DNA of 64,000 nucleotides from Ignavibacteriaceae bacterium (GCA_049291095.1 JBATOT010000125.1:1447-65446), one strand, 5' to 3'; positions 27,479-37,291 are shown, counted from the first letter of the stretch. Numbers and translations: made by a program. Notes: generated by a model from the letters alone, not told the origin.

Positions 27479-28934
27479 ACTTAACCTCTGTTGGTAGAAT
27501 TACAGTAAAAATTGTTTGATTGTTTGGAATAGAACTAACAGTTATTTGTCCGTTATGATTTTCAACAATCCCAAGACTAACCCAAAGACCTAATCCTGTT
27601 CCTTCACCTTGATCTTTAGTTGTGTAAAATGGATCAAATATTTTATTCAGTTCATTTTCATTTAATCCGGTACCATTATCGCTGATAGAAAAGAAAATGT
27701 ATTTAGGGTCTTTAACACCTGTTTGAATTTTTATTTTGCCTCTATCTGCAGTTGCATCATAAGCATTGATTAAAATATTCATAATAACTTCCTGTATTAG
27801 CTGACTATCAGCACTGATTAGTGGAATATTTTCCAGTAAATCTAAATCAACAACAGTTTGTTTTTGCTTTAATTTATACTCAAGAAGTTTGTAAACATTA
27901 ATTATCAATTCATTAATATTTATGGAATCGGTTATCTGTGTTTGCTGTCGAGCAAAGCCGAGCAGCTTTTTAATTACATTTTCTATGTAATTCATTCCTT
28001 CATTTATAAGAGATAAATATTCAGTGGTTTGCTCTTTATTATCAGGCTCCTTTTGGATTGCATACAAACAGTTTTTTATACCATTTAACGGATTATTTAT
28101 TTCATGAGCTACTCCGGAGGCAAGCCTTCCGATTGATGCCAATTTTTCTGATTGATAAACTTGTTTTTGTGCTGTTGCCAACTGCTGTTTAGATAACTTC
28201 AATCTTTTTAGTAAATCATCAAACCGATTGATAAGAAAACCAATCTCATCCTTGTTACCTTTAAGAGTTATCTCCTCGATGGATTTAAAATCAATTTTGT
28301 CAATCTGATTAACCAAACTATTTAATTTATATGTTACTTTGTCAATCAGAAAATATAAGACAGTTAGTGTAACAATTGAGAGTAGAATTGTCAGTGAAAG
28401 GAGAATAACAAAAATACTATTTATTTCTCCCCTTATCGGTTCAGCATCAAACCCGATTTTTACAACGCCCCATTTCTTTTTAGCAATTTTTAGTGGAGCG
28501 TAAGCATCAAGCAGCCAGCCGTATTCCTTAGATTTATAAATTATACTTTCATATCTGTTTGATTTTATGTTTTCATCAGTTTTATTATTTGGAAAAGATG
28601 TTATTCCACTTCTATCTTTCCCGGCGATAATCCAATTGTTGATATCGTATATTTCAATATACTTTATGTTTGTAACTCTTTGCATGTAATTATCAATATA
28701 CGATTCAAGTAAATCATCTTTTAATAATTCCCGCTGCTCTGCGTAAATAAGTGCATCAAGCGCCGGAACTGTAAAAGCATCTACAACAGATTGAGCGTTG
28801 ATAACTTCTTTTTCAATGAGAATTTTTCTCCATTGAAAAAGAATGGCTAATGAAATCAGCATCATTATTAATAGAATTACAGAGCCAGTTACAAAAAGTA
28901 TACGTGTTTTTAAACTATGATGGATAGGAATCAT
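27459..28934 (-). CDS. Sensor histidine kinase (2 TM, periplasmic sensor domain, HisKA-HATPase)
   Basis: H-box SGVAHEINNPLN and G boxes (DNGTGL, GTGLGL). It overlaps the downstream NtrC-type gene by 20 nt. Confidence 0.9.
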   Translation of the reverse strand: MIPIHHSLKTRILFVTGSVILLIMMLISLAILFQWRKILIEKEVINAQSVVDAFTVPALDALIYAEQRELLKDDLLESYIDNYMQRVTNIKYIEIYDINNWIIAGKDRSGITSFPNNKTDENIKSNRYESIIYKSKEYGWLLDAYAPLKIAKKKWGVVKIGFDAEPIRGEINSIFVILLSLTILLSIVTLTVLYFLIDKVTYKLNSLVNQIDKIDFKSIEEITLKGNKDEIGFLINRFDDLLKRLKLSKQQLATAQKQVYQSEKLASIGRLASGVAHEINNPLNGIKNCLYAIQKEPDNKEQTTEYLSLINEGMNYIENVIKKLLGFARQQTQITDSININELIINVYKLLEYKLKQKQTVVDLDLLENIPLISADSQLIQEVIMNILINAYDATADRGKIKIQTGVKDPKYIFFSISDNGTGLNENELNKIFDPFYTTKDQGEGTGLGLWVSLGIVENHNGQITVSSIPNNQTIFTVILPTEVKYENNVS

Positions 28935-28936
28935 TA

Positions 28937-29890
28937 TTATTGCCCCGAATATTTTCTTATCAAATCATAATCACTGTCTTTTGCTTCAACAAAACCAAAT
29001 GTAAATTCACTATCCCACGATTTAACAAGCTCTTTGTATTTAGCTTCATTTAAATTGATTTTTAATAACTGTGATTTGATAGTATTGATTATTTCTTCAT
29101 CATAATCTTTTACTGAAACGATTGGTGAACCAGGAACAGGTTCGGAGAATCCGATTATTTTTATTCCCTTGTCTCTATATTCTCTAATCACTCTATCTTT
29201 AACTACTCCAGCATCAAAACTTCCACTAAGTACCTGGTAAACCACATTTTGATGATAAGCAAAATTTTTAATTTCTTTAATATCTTTTTCCTGGGTATTG
29301 TATTTCAACAGTTCGTACTTGATTAACCAGTTTCCTGAAAAAGATTCTTCCGATGGTAATGCGATTCGTTTACCCCTTAAATCTTTAATTGAATTTATAC
29401 TCGATTCGCTTTTTACAAAAGCAACAGATCTAAAAAATGGTTTAAAATCTTCATTCAACGGTTTTAAAATTGGAATTATCCCATAACGCTCGTGAGCATT
29501 TATGTAAAGAAATGTCCCAAAAAATGCAACAGCTACTTCTCCCTTAATTAATTGATTAACAGTTTCATTGTATGAAGTGCTTAGTTTTAATTCAAAATGA
29601 TATTTTTCATTTTGATTTAAATAATCAATAATAGGCTGGTAGCCTTTGAAAATTATATTAGGTGGATAGCGGGAAATTACTCCAACATAAACAACAAGTT
29701 TTTGTTTCTCTAACAAAGATTCTGCTTCTTGTTTTTTTACAGGAATTTTTGTTGAAATATCAATTGCTGAATTATAAAAAAGAAATGTTGCCGATGAACC
29801 AACTACAATAAAAAACAAAAGTGAAAGTAAAAATTCTTTTCTGAACATAAATGAATGACTATCCAAATATTTGTTTTTAACTAACTTCAA
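28937..29890 (-). CDS. PhnD-like (phosphate/phosphonate-type) periplasmic substrate-binding protein, first gene of the sensor operon
   Basis: 317 aa with an N-terminal TM/signal segment. The type-2 periplasmic binding fold pattern (...VAFFGTFLYINA..., GKRIALPSEESFSGN) resembles PhnD-family SBPs. Its stop lies 2 nt before the kinase start. Confidence 0.6.
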   Translation of the reverse strand: MKLVKNKYLDSHSFMFRKEFLLSLLFFIVVGSSATFLFYNSAIDISTKIPVKKQEAESLLEKQKLVVYVGVISRYPPNIIFKGYQPIIDYLNQNEKYHFELKLSTSYNETVNQLIKGEVAVAFFGTFLYINAHERYGIIPILKPLNEDFKPFFRSVAFVKSESSINSIKDLRGKRIALPSEESFSGNWLIKYELLKYNTQEKDIKEIKNFAYHQNVVYQVLSGSFDAGVVKDRVIREYRDKGIKIIGFSEPVPGSPIVSVKDYDEEIINTIKSQLLKINLNEAKYKELVKSWDSEFTFGFVEAKDSDYDLIRKYSGQ

Positions 29891-29948
29891 ATTTCAGTCC
29901 TAATAATCATTTCATTTTCTTTTTTTATTCCAATTCAAACCTAAATAA

Positions 29949-29994
29949 AATGACGAATAATCGCCAGACTGACGACGAAATACTGACAACGAAA
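29949..29994. promoter_or_regulatory. Candidate enhancer (UAS) for the sigma-54 activator: direct repeats plus an imperfect palindrome
   Basis: ACTGACGACGAAA (29968-29980) and ACTGACAACGAAA (29982-29994) are 12/13 identical with a 14-bp period. A weaker third copy AATGACGAATAA lies at 29949-29960. The palindrome TCGcCAGaCTGaCGA lies at 29961-29975. The site is centred about 110 bp upstream of the -24 element. Confidence 0.4.
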
Positions 29995-30079
29995 GCTTAT
30001 ATTTGATTTAATACGAGGAAAATTCTAGCGATACAATCAATATTTTAAGTTATTTATGGTTTCTCAAAGTAATTTCTCG

Positions 30080-30095
30080 GGGCATTATCCTTGCT
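30080..30095 (+). promoter_or_regulatory. Sigma-54 (-24/-12) promoter
   Basis: GGGCATTATCCTTGCT against the consensus TGGCACG-N4-TTGCW. GG at 30081-30082 and GC at 30093-30094 have the exact 12-nt register. It lies 37 nt upstream of ATG 30132, with AAGGAG SD at 30121-30126. The adjacent divergent operon encodes a GAFTGA activator. Confidence 0.65.
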
Positions 30096-30131
30096 AAAAC
30101 TTTATAACTATTTCAATTAAAAGGAGTTCAA

Positions 30132-30716
30132 ATGGAAAATATCATACCGCGCTGGGAATGGCGTACCTTTACGAACGATCTTGGAAAAGCAGAAGAAAAT
30201 ATTAAAAAACATCCTGAAGGAAAAACGCGTGAGAGTGATGAGGTCTATATTCTATCAGAAGTTAGTATGGATAATACAAAGGTGCGCGATGATTTGATGG
30301 ATATTAAAACTTTGCAGCAAGTTAATGAGGATAGATTAGAACAATGGCTCCCAATTATGAAAGGTTCCTTTCCGCTGCCGGTATCTGAAATTGAAAAAGT
30401 ATTTAAATGTTTTAAAGTAGCACTCCCGAAGTTTGACAGGACCGAATATACTTTTAAACAATATCTTGATGAAGTTATTGCTCCCTCTAAACTATTAAAA
30501 GCTGTAAATGTGCATAAGAAAAGAACAGGTTACACAATTAATAATACCATTGTAGAAATTGCAGAAGTAACAGTTGATGGTAAAGTTATTAAAACAGCTG
30601 CTGTTGAAATGGAAGATCCGGCTTTAGTTATTAAAACTGTTAGAGAACTAGAGCTAGATAAATTTCCAAATATTAATTATTTGCGTGGATTAAAAAATCT
30701 TGTTGGAATGAAATAG
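30132..30716 (+). CDS. Divergent CYTH-like (triphosphate tunnel metalloenzyme-like) protein
   Basis: 194 aa. The charged-strand pattern resembles a CYTH tunnel: N-terminal WEWRTF in place of ExExK, then VRDDLMDIK, VHKKRTGY, VEIAEV and AAVEMED. It is immediately followed by a canonical CYTH gene. The assignment is by pattern only. Confidence 0.4.
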   Translation: MENIIPRWEWRTFTNDLGKAEENIKKHPEGKTRESDEVYILSEVSMDNTKVRDDLMDIKTLQQVNEDRLEQWLPIMKGSFPLPVSEIEKVFKCFKVALPKFDRTEYTFKQYLDEVIAPSKLLKAVNVHKKRTGYTINNTIVEIAEVTVDGKVIKTAAVEMEDPALVIKTVRELELDKFPNINYLRGLKNLVGMK

Positions 30717-30726
30717 GAGTATAACA

Positions 30727-31194
30727 ATGGCAAATGAAATAGAACGTAAATTTTTGGTTAAAGGTGAGTTTAAAAATCTTGCGAGTAAAGAAACCAGAAT
30801 TGTGCAAGGTTATCTTTCCTCTGTACCGGAAAGAACAGTACGTGTTCGTATTAAAGGTGATAAGGGATTTATTACTATAAAAGGAATCGGAAATACTTCT
30901 GGTGCTACGAGATATGAATGGGAAAAAGAACTTCCGACTAACGAAGTTGAGGAATTATTAAAAATTTGTGAACCGGGTGTGATAGATAAAACAAGATATC
31001 TTGTAAAAGTCGGAGATCACACTTATGAGGTTGATGAGTTTTATGGCGAGAATAAAGGATTAACTGTTGCTGAAATTGAATTAAGTTCAGAATCGGAAGC
31101 ATTTGTGAAACCAGCTTGGTTAGGCGATGAAGTGACCGGTGATGTTAAATATTATAATTCAATGCTTATGAAAAATCCTTTTACCAAATGGTAG
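30727..31194 (+). CDS. CYTH domain protein (triphosphate tunnel metalloenzyme)
   Basis: Canonical N-terminal EIERKFLV (ExExK) motif, then RVRIKGDKGFITIKG, YEWEKE, YEVDEF and VAEIEL. The size (155 aa) is typical of stand-alone bacterial CYTH/TTM proteins. Confidence 0.85.
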   Translation: MANEIERKFLVKGEFKNLASKETRIVQGYLSSVPERTVRVRIKGDKGFITIKGIGNTSGATRYEWEKELPTNEVEELLKICEPGVIDKTRYLVKVGDHTYEVDEFYGENKGLTVAEIELSSESEAFVKPAWLGDEVTGDVKYYNSMLMKNPFTKW

Positions 31195-31244
31195 AATTAA
31201 TTTTAATATAATCATAAATTTTTTTATCAAATTATAAAAATTAT

Positions 31245-32840
31245 ATGACAAAATTTGATCCGCTTGATATGAATAACTATCGTATCGAGAAACTTCCGAA
31301 ACGTGATAAATCAAAATTTGAAAAGTGGCTTGCGATTATTGGACCAATATTAGCATTTGCTGCTTTTATTTTGTTCGCATTTATCATAAAACTACCTTTT
31401 CTTGAAACAATAAATTCATCAGATTTAGTTTCAGAATCCGCTAAAAAAGCTTTTGATAAAATTGGTTCAGCCTCGTTTATCAGAACCAATGAATTTATGC
31501 TTGCAATCTTTGCTGCTTCAATTATTCTTTGGATGACTGAAGCCATTCCAAATTATCTTACTTCTCTTTTATTAATTATAAGTCTTGTTCTAACGGGAGT
31601 ATTATCTGAAAAAGTTGCTTACGCTCAACTTGGGCATCCCGTAATGTGGCTAAATATTATGTCTTTTGTTCTAGCAAGTATGTTAGTTGTAACAGGGCTT
31701 GCAAAAAGATTTGCACTTTGGTTAATTATCAAGTTTGGAAAGAATGCCAGTACAATATTTATAAGTTTTCTAATTATAAATCTTGTACTCTCTGCTTTTA
31801 TATCTGCAACAACTGCAAAAGCTGCAATATTGCTTCCGATATTTATGGTGATAGCTGCAATTTACGGTGCTAAATCTGGTGCAAAAAGAAATAATTTTGG
31901 ACGAAGTATCGTATTGCAAAATCTTTTGTACATAAATATTGGTGCGGGTGCTTTTGTTACAGGATCAGGAGCAAATCTGCTTGCAGCAGCTATTATTGGT
32001 GGTGCAATTGGTGGTAACATTTTCTTTTCAGATTGGATGATGGCAATGTTTCCAATAATGGTTTCATTAATGTTTATTGGTTATCTATTAGCGATGAAGA
32101 TTTTTTTTCCATTGGCGCCTGAAGAACGTTTACCCCAAATTGAAGGAGGAATGGAAAGACTAAAGCAGGAATATGAAAAACTTGGTTCGATTAATTTTTT
32201 GGAAATTAAATCAGCAATAATTTTTATTGCTATACTTTCATTATGGGCTACTGACAATATTCATGGAATTAGTGCTACAGCAGTTGCTTTTGTTGGAGCT
32301 ATCGTTGCATTGTTACCAAAAATAGGAATTGTAAAATGGAATGAAGTAGATATTCCATGGCATCTTATGTTATTCTCAGCTGGTGCTTATACACTAGGAG
32401 CGGGATTGGACGCCACAGATCTTCCATCAATCGCTGTAAATGCTTTTTTTGATCATCTTGGAATCGGAGATCACACAAGTTTTTGGATTTTATACTTACT
32501 GTTAACTGGAGTTATGATTTTTAGCGCACTTATATTTCAATCAAAAACGATGCGTGCAATGATATTTATACCGATTGCAATTGGTGTTGCAAACAGATTT
32601 GGATTTGATATTGTTAGTCTTGCATTACCGGTTGCTTTTATGATTGAACATGTTTATGTATTACCATTTAATAGTAAACCAGCCGCGTTGCTTTACGAAA
32701 CGGACCAGTACAGTTTAACGGATACTTTTAAATACGGTTTTACAATGATGGTTGTTTCGTGGTTATTGATTATTGCTGCCGGCGAAACCTGGTTTAGATA
32801 TTTAGGAATTACACCAAATGGGGTTTTTGGAATCTTTTAA
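31245..32840 (+). CDS. DASS/SLC13-family anion:sodium symporter-like permease
   Basis: 531 aa and polytopic. It has the two-fold repeat architecture and segments typical of DASS/ArsB-NhaD-type permeases (ILWMTEAIPNYLTSLL..., SATTAKAAILLPI, VLPFNSKPAA). Confidence 0.7.
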   Translation: MTKFDPLDMNNYRIEKLPKRDKSKFEKWLAIIGPILAFAAFILFAFIIKLPFLETINSSDLVSESAKKAFDKIGSASFIRTNEFMLAIFAASIILWMTEAIPNYLTSLLLIISLVLTGVLSEKVAYAQLGHPVMWLNIMSFVLASMLVVTGLAKRFALWLIIKFGKNASTIFISFLIINLVLSAFISATTAKAAILLPIFMVIAAIYGAKSGAKRNNFGRSIVLQNLLYINIGAGAFVTGSGANLLAAAIIGGAIGGNIFFSDWMMAMFPIMVSLMFIGYLLAMKIFFPLAPEERLPQIEGGMERLKQEYEKLGSINFLEIKSAIIFIAILSLWATDNIHGISATAVAFVGAIVALLPKIGIVKWNEVDIPWHLMLFSAGAYTLGAGLDATDLPSIAVNAFFDHLGIGDHTSFWILYLLLTGVMIFSALIFQSKTMRAMIFIPIAIGVANRFGFDIVSLALPVAFMIEHVYVLPFNSKPAALLYETDQYSLTDTFKYGFTMMVVSWLLIIAAGETWFRYLGITPNGVFGIF

Positions 32841-32912
32841 TTCTTAATAAGTATTTGAAAAATAATTTTAACTAAACAAGAAGTTGAAATTTTATAAAAG
32901 GACGGAAGCTAT

Positions 32913-33551
32913 ATGTTTTTAAAGAAAACGAGAAAACTAGAAACTCAGATAGACGAATATCTTGATCTGGTAATAACCGGTGGACTTATTTTTAAATTAG
33001 GAATTCGATGTTATCTGGATAATCAAACCGAAGCATTTGAAGGTCATTTGAAAGATCTGAGAAAGATTGAGGACACAGCGGATGATTTACGAAGAAACAT
33101 TGAAATAAAACTTTACAGCCGAACATTAATTCCGGAAGCAAGAGGGGATGTGCTCGGATTATTGGAAAGTTGTGACAAAGTTTTAAATATCACCGAAGAA
33201 ACACTTTTAGAGTTCTCTGTTGAAATACCAAATCTATTGCCTGAACTTAAAAATGATTTTATTGATATAGCTGAAAGTTCAATCGCTTGTCTTGAAAATA
33301 CTGTTAGCGGTATAAGAGCATACTTTAAAAATGTGGATGCCGTTAGAGATTATGTAACTAAAGTTCAGTTCTACAAAAAAGAAACTAATAAAGTTGCGGA
33401 AAGAATAAAACGAACTGTATTTAGAACAGATCATGAACTAAGTTTTAAAATTCACACACGTTATTTTACTTTTCATATTGAACGAATCGCAGAGCAATCT
33501 GAGGATGTTTGTGACAGACTTTCGATTGCCATAATTAAAAGGTTAGAATAG
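32913..33551 (+). CDS. DUF47 / PhoU-like protein (PiT-associated)
   Basis: 212-aa helical protein placed immediately upstream of a PiT transporter (2-nt gap), which is the conserved DUF47-PiT gene pair. ED-rich motifs (EDTADDLRR, AEQSEDVCD) resemble PhoU repeats. Confidence 0.75.
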   Translation: MFLKKTRKLETQIDEYLDLVITGGLIFKLGIRCYLDNQTEAFEGHLKDLRKIEDTADDLRRNIEIKLYSRTLIPEARGDVLGLLESCDKVLNITEETLLEFSVEIPNLLPELKNDFIDIAESSIACLENTVSGIRAYFKNVDAVRDYVTKVQFYKKETNKVAERIKRTVFRTDHELSFKIHTRYFTFHIERIAEQSEDVCDRLSIAIIKRLE

Positions 33552-33553
33552 AA

Positions 33554-35053
33554 TTGGATATTTCAGTTTGGTTTTTCATTAGCAGTGGTTTATTTCTTGG
33601 ATGGTCGTTAGGTGCCAACCATGCAGTAAACGTTTTTGGCACTGCTGTTGTATCCAAAATGGTCAAGTTTAGAACTGCAGCTATAATATCCGGAATATTT
33701 GTTATACTCGGTTCCGTTATAAGCGGTGCAGGCACAACAAAAACTTTAACTGATCTAGGTTCTATAAACGCTATTGCAGGCAGCTTTTCAGTTGCCTTGG
33801 CCGTTGGCATTTCTGTTACATTAATGACAAGAGCCAAATTACCTGTTTCAACTTCTCAAGCTGTAATCGGCGGCATTATCGGTTGGAATATTTTTACAGG
33901 ATCGCCGACTGATTATAATTCTTTAACTAAAATTTTATTTAGCTGGGTTGCTTCTCCGGTTATAGCCGCAATATTTGGTTTTTTAATTTTTAAGCTGATG
34001 AAAAAAACAGTTTTAAAATGGAAAATCCATCTTCTTAGATTAGATAATTATACAAGAATCGGATTAATTGTTGTAGGTGCTTTAGCCTCATACTCTTTAG
34101 GTGCAAATAATATTGCAAATGTAATGGGAATGTTTGCATCAGCTCCTTTATTCAAGGATCTGAACATTGGTAATATTATAACTATTTCAAGTGTGCATCA
34201 ATTATTTTTATTGGGGGGCATAGCTATTGCAATAGGTATATTTACATACGGCAATAATGTGATGGAAACAGTTGGAACTGATTTATATAAGATATCACCA
34301 ATCACTGGTTTTGTAGTTGTGCTTGCAGAATTTATTGTTCTGTTCCTATTTACATCTCAAACTCTTGAGGCATTTTTATTAAAAAATAATTTGCCTTCGT
34401 TTCCATTAGTTCCTCTTTCCACAACGCAAGCCTTTATAGGCGCTGTAATTGGTGTTGGTGTTGCCAAGGATCCATCATCAATTAATTTTAAAGTCTTAGG
34501 TAAGATTGCAATTGGCTGGGGTGTGGCTCCGCTAACTGCAGGTCTAATCACCTTCATATCTTTATTTTTTATACAAAATGTTTTTGAACAAAAAATTATT
34601 CATCCGGTTCCTTATGAAATTACAAAATCCGTAATATCAAAGTTGAATGATGAAGGTATTGAAACGAAACGGATAAATGATTTGGTTGGTAAAAGATTCG
34701 TGAACAATAAAAATTTCTTAAACGAACTTAAAAACAGATACGATTACGATAGTAAGCAGATATACTCAATATTTAATTATGCGCTGATCGATAGTTTTAA
34801 AATAGATTCAACATTAATTAATTCTCTGCCCGAAAATTATGATTTTACTATAGCGGAAAAATTTCAGTTGAAAGAACTTCATGGCAAATCATTTAATCAT
34901 AAAATAGATTTTGAAGATGCAATTTCTTCCAATTTGCCTATGTGGAGTTTAACAGACGATAAATTAAAAAACAAAGTAATCCTCGAAAAGCGGATTATAA
35001 TTGAAGATCTTTTCAGGGTTTCTATAAAAACTAAAAGTACAAACAGTTATTAA
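33554..35053 (+). CDS. Inorganic phosphate transporter, PiT family, with soluble C-terminal extension of about 150 aa
   Basis: Both PiT signature repeats are present (GANHAVNVFGTAV and GANNIANVMGMF). The TM region ends near aa 345. The remaining roughly 150 aa are hydrophilic. TTG start. Confidence 0.85.
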   Translation: MDISVWFFISSGLFLGWSLGANHAVNVFGTAVVSKMVKFRTAAIISGIFVILGSVISGAGTTKTLTDLGSINAIAGSFSVALAVGISVTLMTRAKLPVSTSQAVIGGIIGWNIFTGSPTDYNSLTKILFSWVASPVIAAIFGFLIFKLMKKTVLKWKIHLLRLDNYTRIGLIVVGALASYSLGANNIANVMGMFASAPLFKDLNIGNIITISSVHQLFLLGGIAIAIGIFTYGNNVMETVGTDLYKISPITGFVVVLAEFIVLFLFTSQTLEAFLLKNNLPSFPLVPLSTTQAFIGAVIGVGVAKDPSSINFKVLGKIAIGWGVAPLTAGLITFISLFFIQNVFEQKIIHPVPYEITKSVISKLNDEGIETKRINDLVGKRFVNNKNFLNELKNRYDYDSKQIYSIFNYALIDSFKIDSTLINSLPENYDFTIAEKFQLKELHGKSFNHKIDFEDAISSNLPMWSLTDDKLKNKVILEKRIIIEDLFRVSIKTKSTNSY

Positions 35054-35073
35054 TAAAAGTTAGAGGAGATGTA

Positions 35074-36357
35074 ATGAATAACAAAAGAAATCTAATGCTC
35101 GTTATTGTAATCTCTCTGCTTTCAATTCTTGGATTGAATGAATTGATGGCCCAGGATTCCAAAGTGCCAGGTGGGGATCAAAGATACCCGCTTGGAGCAG
35201 AAATGCGAAATGGTAAACTTGTTTTTGAATCAGAGAACGGAGATTTCCGCTGGTGGTTCGATTCAAGAATTCAATTTGATGGCGCAATGTATTTTGAAAA
35301 TAAAAATGCAATGAGTAATGGTGTACATTTAAGAAGAGCAACATTTGCTCTTAAAGCTTTGCTATGGAAAGACTGGCAAGCCGAAGTTGATATTGATTTT
35401 GCTGAAGCTGTTTCAACTAATTCTCAAGTTGAACTTAGAGATATGTGGATTAAATATACTTTCCCAAAATTAAATTTTTCTTTGCAGGCAGGTAATTTTA
35501 AAGAACCTTTTGGAATGGAAAGGCTTAATAGTTCAAGACTACTTACTTTTCTTGAACGTACAGCAATCTCCAATGCTTTACCTATGGGAAGACGTGTTGG
35601 AATTTCTGCAAGATACTGGACTGATTTTGCTCAAGTTACAGCAGCAATTATGGGTCACGAAACCGGAACACGTATTGATAAAGGGCAACGTGATGAAACA
35701 TTTTCAACAAATATTCGTACTTCAATTGCACCAATAAATTACTTTGGACAAAATCTTCACATTGGTTTAGCGTATTCTTATAAACTGCCTGATGTTACTT
35801 CTGAATTAAGAGCAAACACTGTTGAAATAAATGCAAGAACAGAAAGCTACGTTGCAAATCCAAAATTGTTGCATACAGGTGATATTTCAGATGTTAATTA
35901 TTATAATCGCTATGGTGCCGAACTAATGTATATAAATGGTCCATTTTATTTCCAATCCGAATTTATGGGCACAAGTATTTACAGATGGTATGCTAAACCA
36001 ACCGTAAATTTAAAAGGTGGTTATGTAATGGCTGCCTGGATGATAACAGGTGAAAATCGTTTTTATTATGTGGACGAAGGTGAAGTAGGACCAATCGAAA
36101 CTCCAAAAAATTCTTTCGGTGCATTTGAATTTGCTGCCAGATATAGCGTTACAAATCTTAATGATTTGGATACAGATATTAAAGGCGGACAATCAAATCA
36201 ATTAATGCTGGGTCTAAACTATTATCCAAATCCTAATATCAAACTACAATTCAATTATTCAATTGTAAACCTTGATGAATTCGCAACTCGAAAAGGAAAT
36301 TTATTAGGTGGTGATGATCACTCATTTATTCAAATGCGTATTCAAGCATCATTATAA
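35074..36357 (+). CDS. Phosphate-selective porin O/P family outer-membrane protein
   Basis: Signal peptide followed by FRWWFDSRIQFDGAMY, FKEPFGMERLNSSR, LGLNYYPNPNIKLQFNY. The alternating beta-strand pattern and motifs are typical of OprO/OprP-type porins. Confidence 0.8.
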   Translation: MNNKRNLMLVIVISLLSILGLNELMAQDSKVPGGDQRYPLGAEMRNGKLVFESENGDFRWWFDSRIQFDGAMYFENKNAMSNGVHLRRATFALKALLWKDWQAEVDIDFAEAVSTNSQVELRDMWIKYTFPKLNFSLQAGNFKEPFGMERLNSSRLLTFLERTAISNALPMGRRVGISARYWTDFAQVTAAIMGHETGTRIDKGQRDETFSTNIRTSIAPINYFGQNLHIGLAYSYKLPDVTSELRANTVEINARTESYVANPKLLHTGDISDVNYYNRYGAELMYINGPFYFQSEFMGTSIYRWYAKPTVNLKGGYVMAAWMITGENRFYYVDEGEVGPIETPKNSFGAFEFAARYSVTNLNDLDTDIKGGQSNQLMLGLNYYPNPNIKLQFNYSIVNLDEFATRKGNLLGGDDHSFIQMRIQASL

Positions 36358-36370
36358 AAAGGAGATTAAG

Positions 36371-37291
36371 ATGAAAAGAATATTATTATTTACATTATTT
36401 GTTTTTTCAGGTTTGTTTCTATCTTGTTCCAGAGAGGAACCATTCGTTGCACCTGTTCCGCCACCACCAGAAATTAATGTTGTGATTAATGAAGTGTACT
36501 CACGTGGTAACGATGCAAATCCAGACTGGATAGAAATCTTTAATCCATCTTTAGCACAAAAGGATCTAAGTGGATACAAAATTTATGATTCAGGTGGACA
36601 GGCTGGTAGCAAACCGAAAAAAGAATTTCCCCAAGGAACAATTATTCCAGCTGGTGGAATATTAGTAATTGTTGTTGATGATACACTTGATAGTGGTTTT
36701 GGTTTATCTTCAAGTGGTGAAACAGTTTGGTTAGAAAATGCAGCCAGTTCGATAATCGATAGTGTATTTTTTCCTGTTTTAGGTGTTGATTCTTCATATG
36801 GCAGAATGCCAGATGGAGCGACAACTTGGAGTATTATTTATCCAGCCACAAAGGGTTCAAAAAATGATTCAACAATAACTGCTAATCTTCCTATTGTTGT
36901 AAACGAAATTTTCTCACGAGGAATCGCTACTGACCCTGACTGGGTAGAAATTTATAACCCTAATCAAATCCAGGTGAATGTTTCTGGTTATAAGATTTAT
37001 GATTCTGGTGGACAAGCGGGAACAAAACCAAAGAAGGAATTTCCTGTTGGTTCATTTGTTCCTGCAAATGGTTTTTTAGTGATTGTAGTAGATGATACTG
37101 CATCAAGTGGTTTTGGATTATCGAGTGGTGGTGAAACTCTATGGTTTGAAAAACCGGATGGATCACTAATTAACGAAGTTCAGTTTCCTGCAATGCCAGT
37201 TGAAACAACTTCCTATGGAAGAATTCCGGATGGTAGTGAAAACTGGTTGATTTGCAATACAATTACAAAAACTGCACCTAATCAACAGTAA
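36371..37291 (+). CDS. Lipoprotein with two lamin-tail domains (LTD)
   Basis: Lipobox FSGLFLSC. There are two LTD repeats, VINEVYSRGNDANPDWIEIFNPS... and VVNEIFSRGIATDPDWVEIYNPN..., and each contains GYKIYDSGGQAG(S/T)KPKKEFP. ATG at 36371 after GGAG. The 36308 extension overlaps the porin gene. Confidence 0.85.
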   Translation: MKRILLFTLFVFSGLFLSCSREEPFVAPVPPPPEINVVINEVYSRGNDANPDWIEIFNPSLAQKDLSGYKIYDSGGQAGSKPKKEFPQGTIIPAGGILVIVVDDTLDSGFGLSSSGETVWLENAASSIIDSVFFPVLGVDSSYGRMPDGATTWSIIYPATKGSKNDSTITANLPIVVNEIFSRGIATDPDWVEIYNPNQIQVNVSGYKIYDSGGQAGTKPKKEFPVGSFVPANGFLVIVVDDTASSGFGLSSGGETLWFEKPDGSLINEVQFPAMPVETTSYGRIPDGSENWLICNTITKTAPNQQ

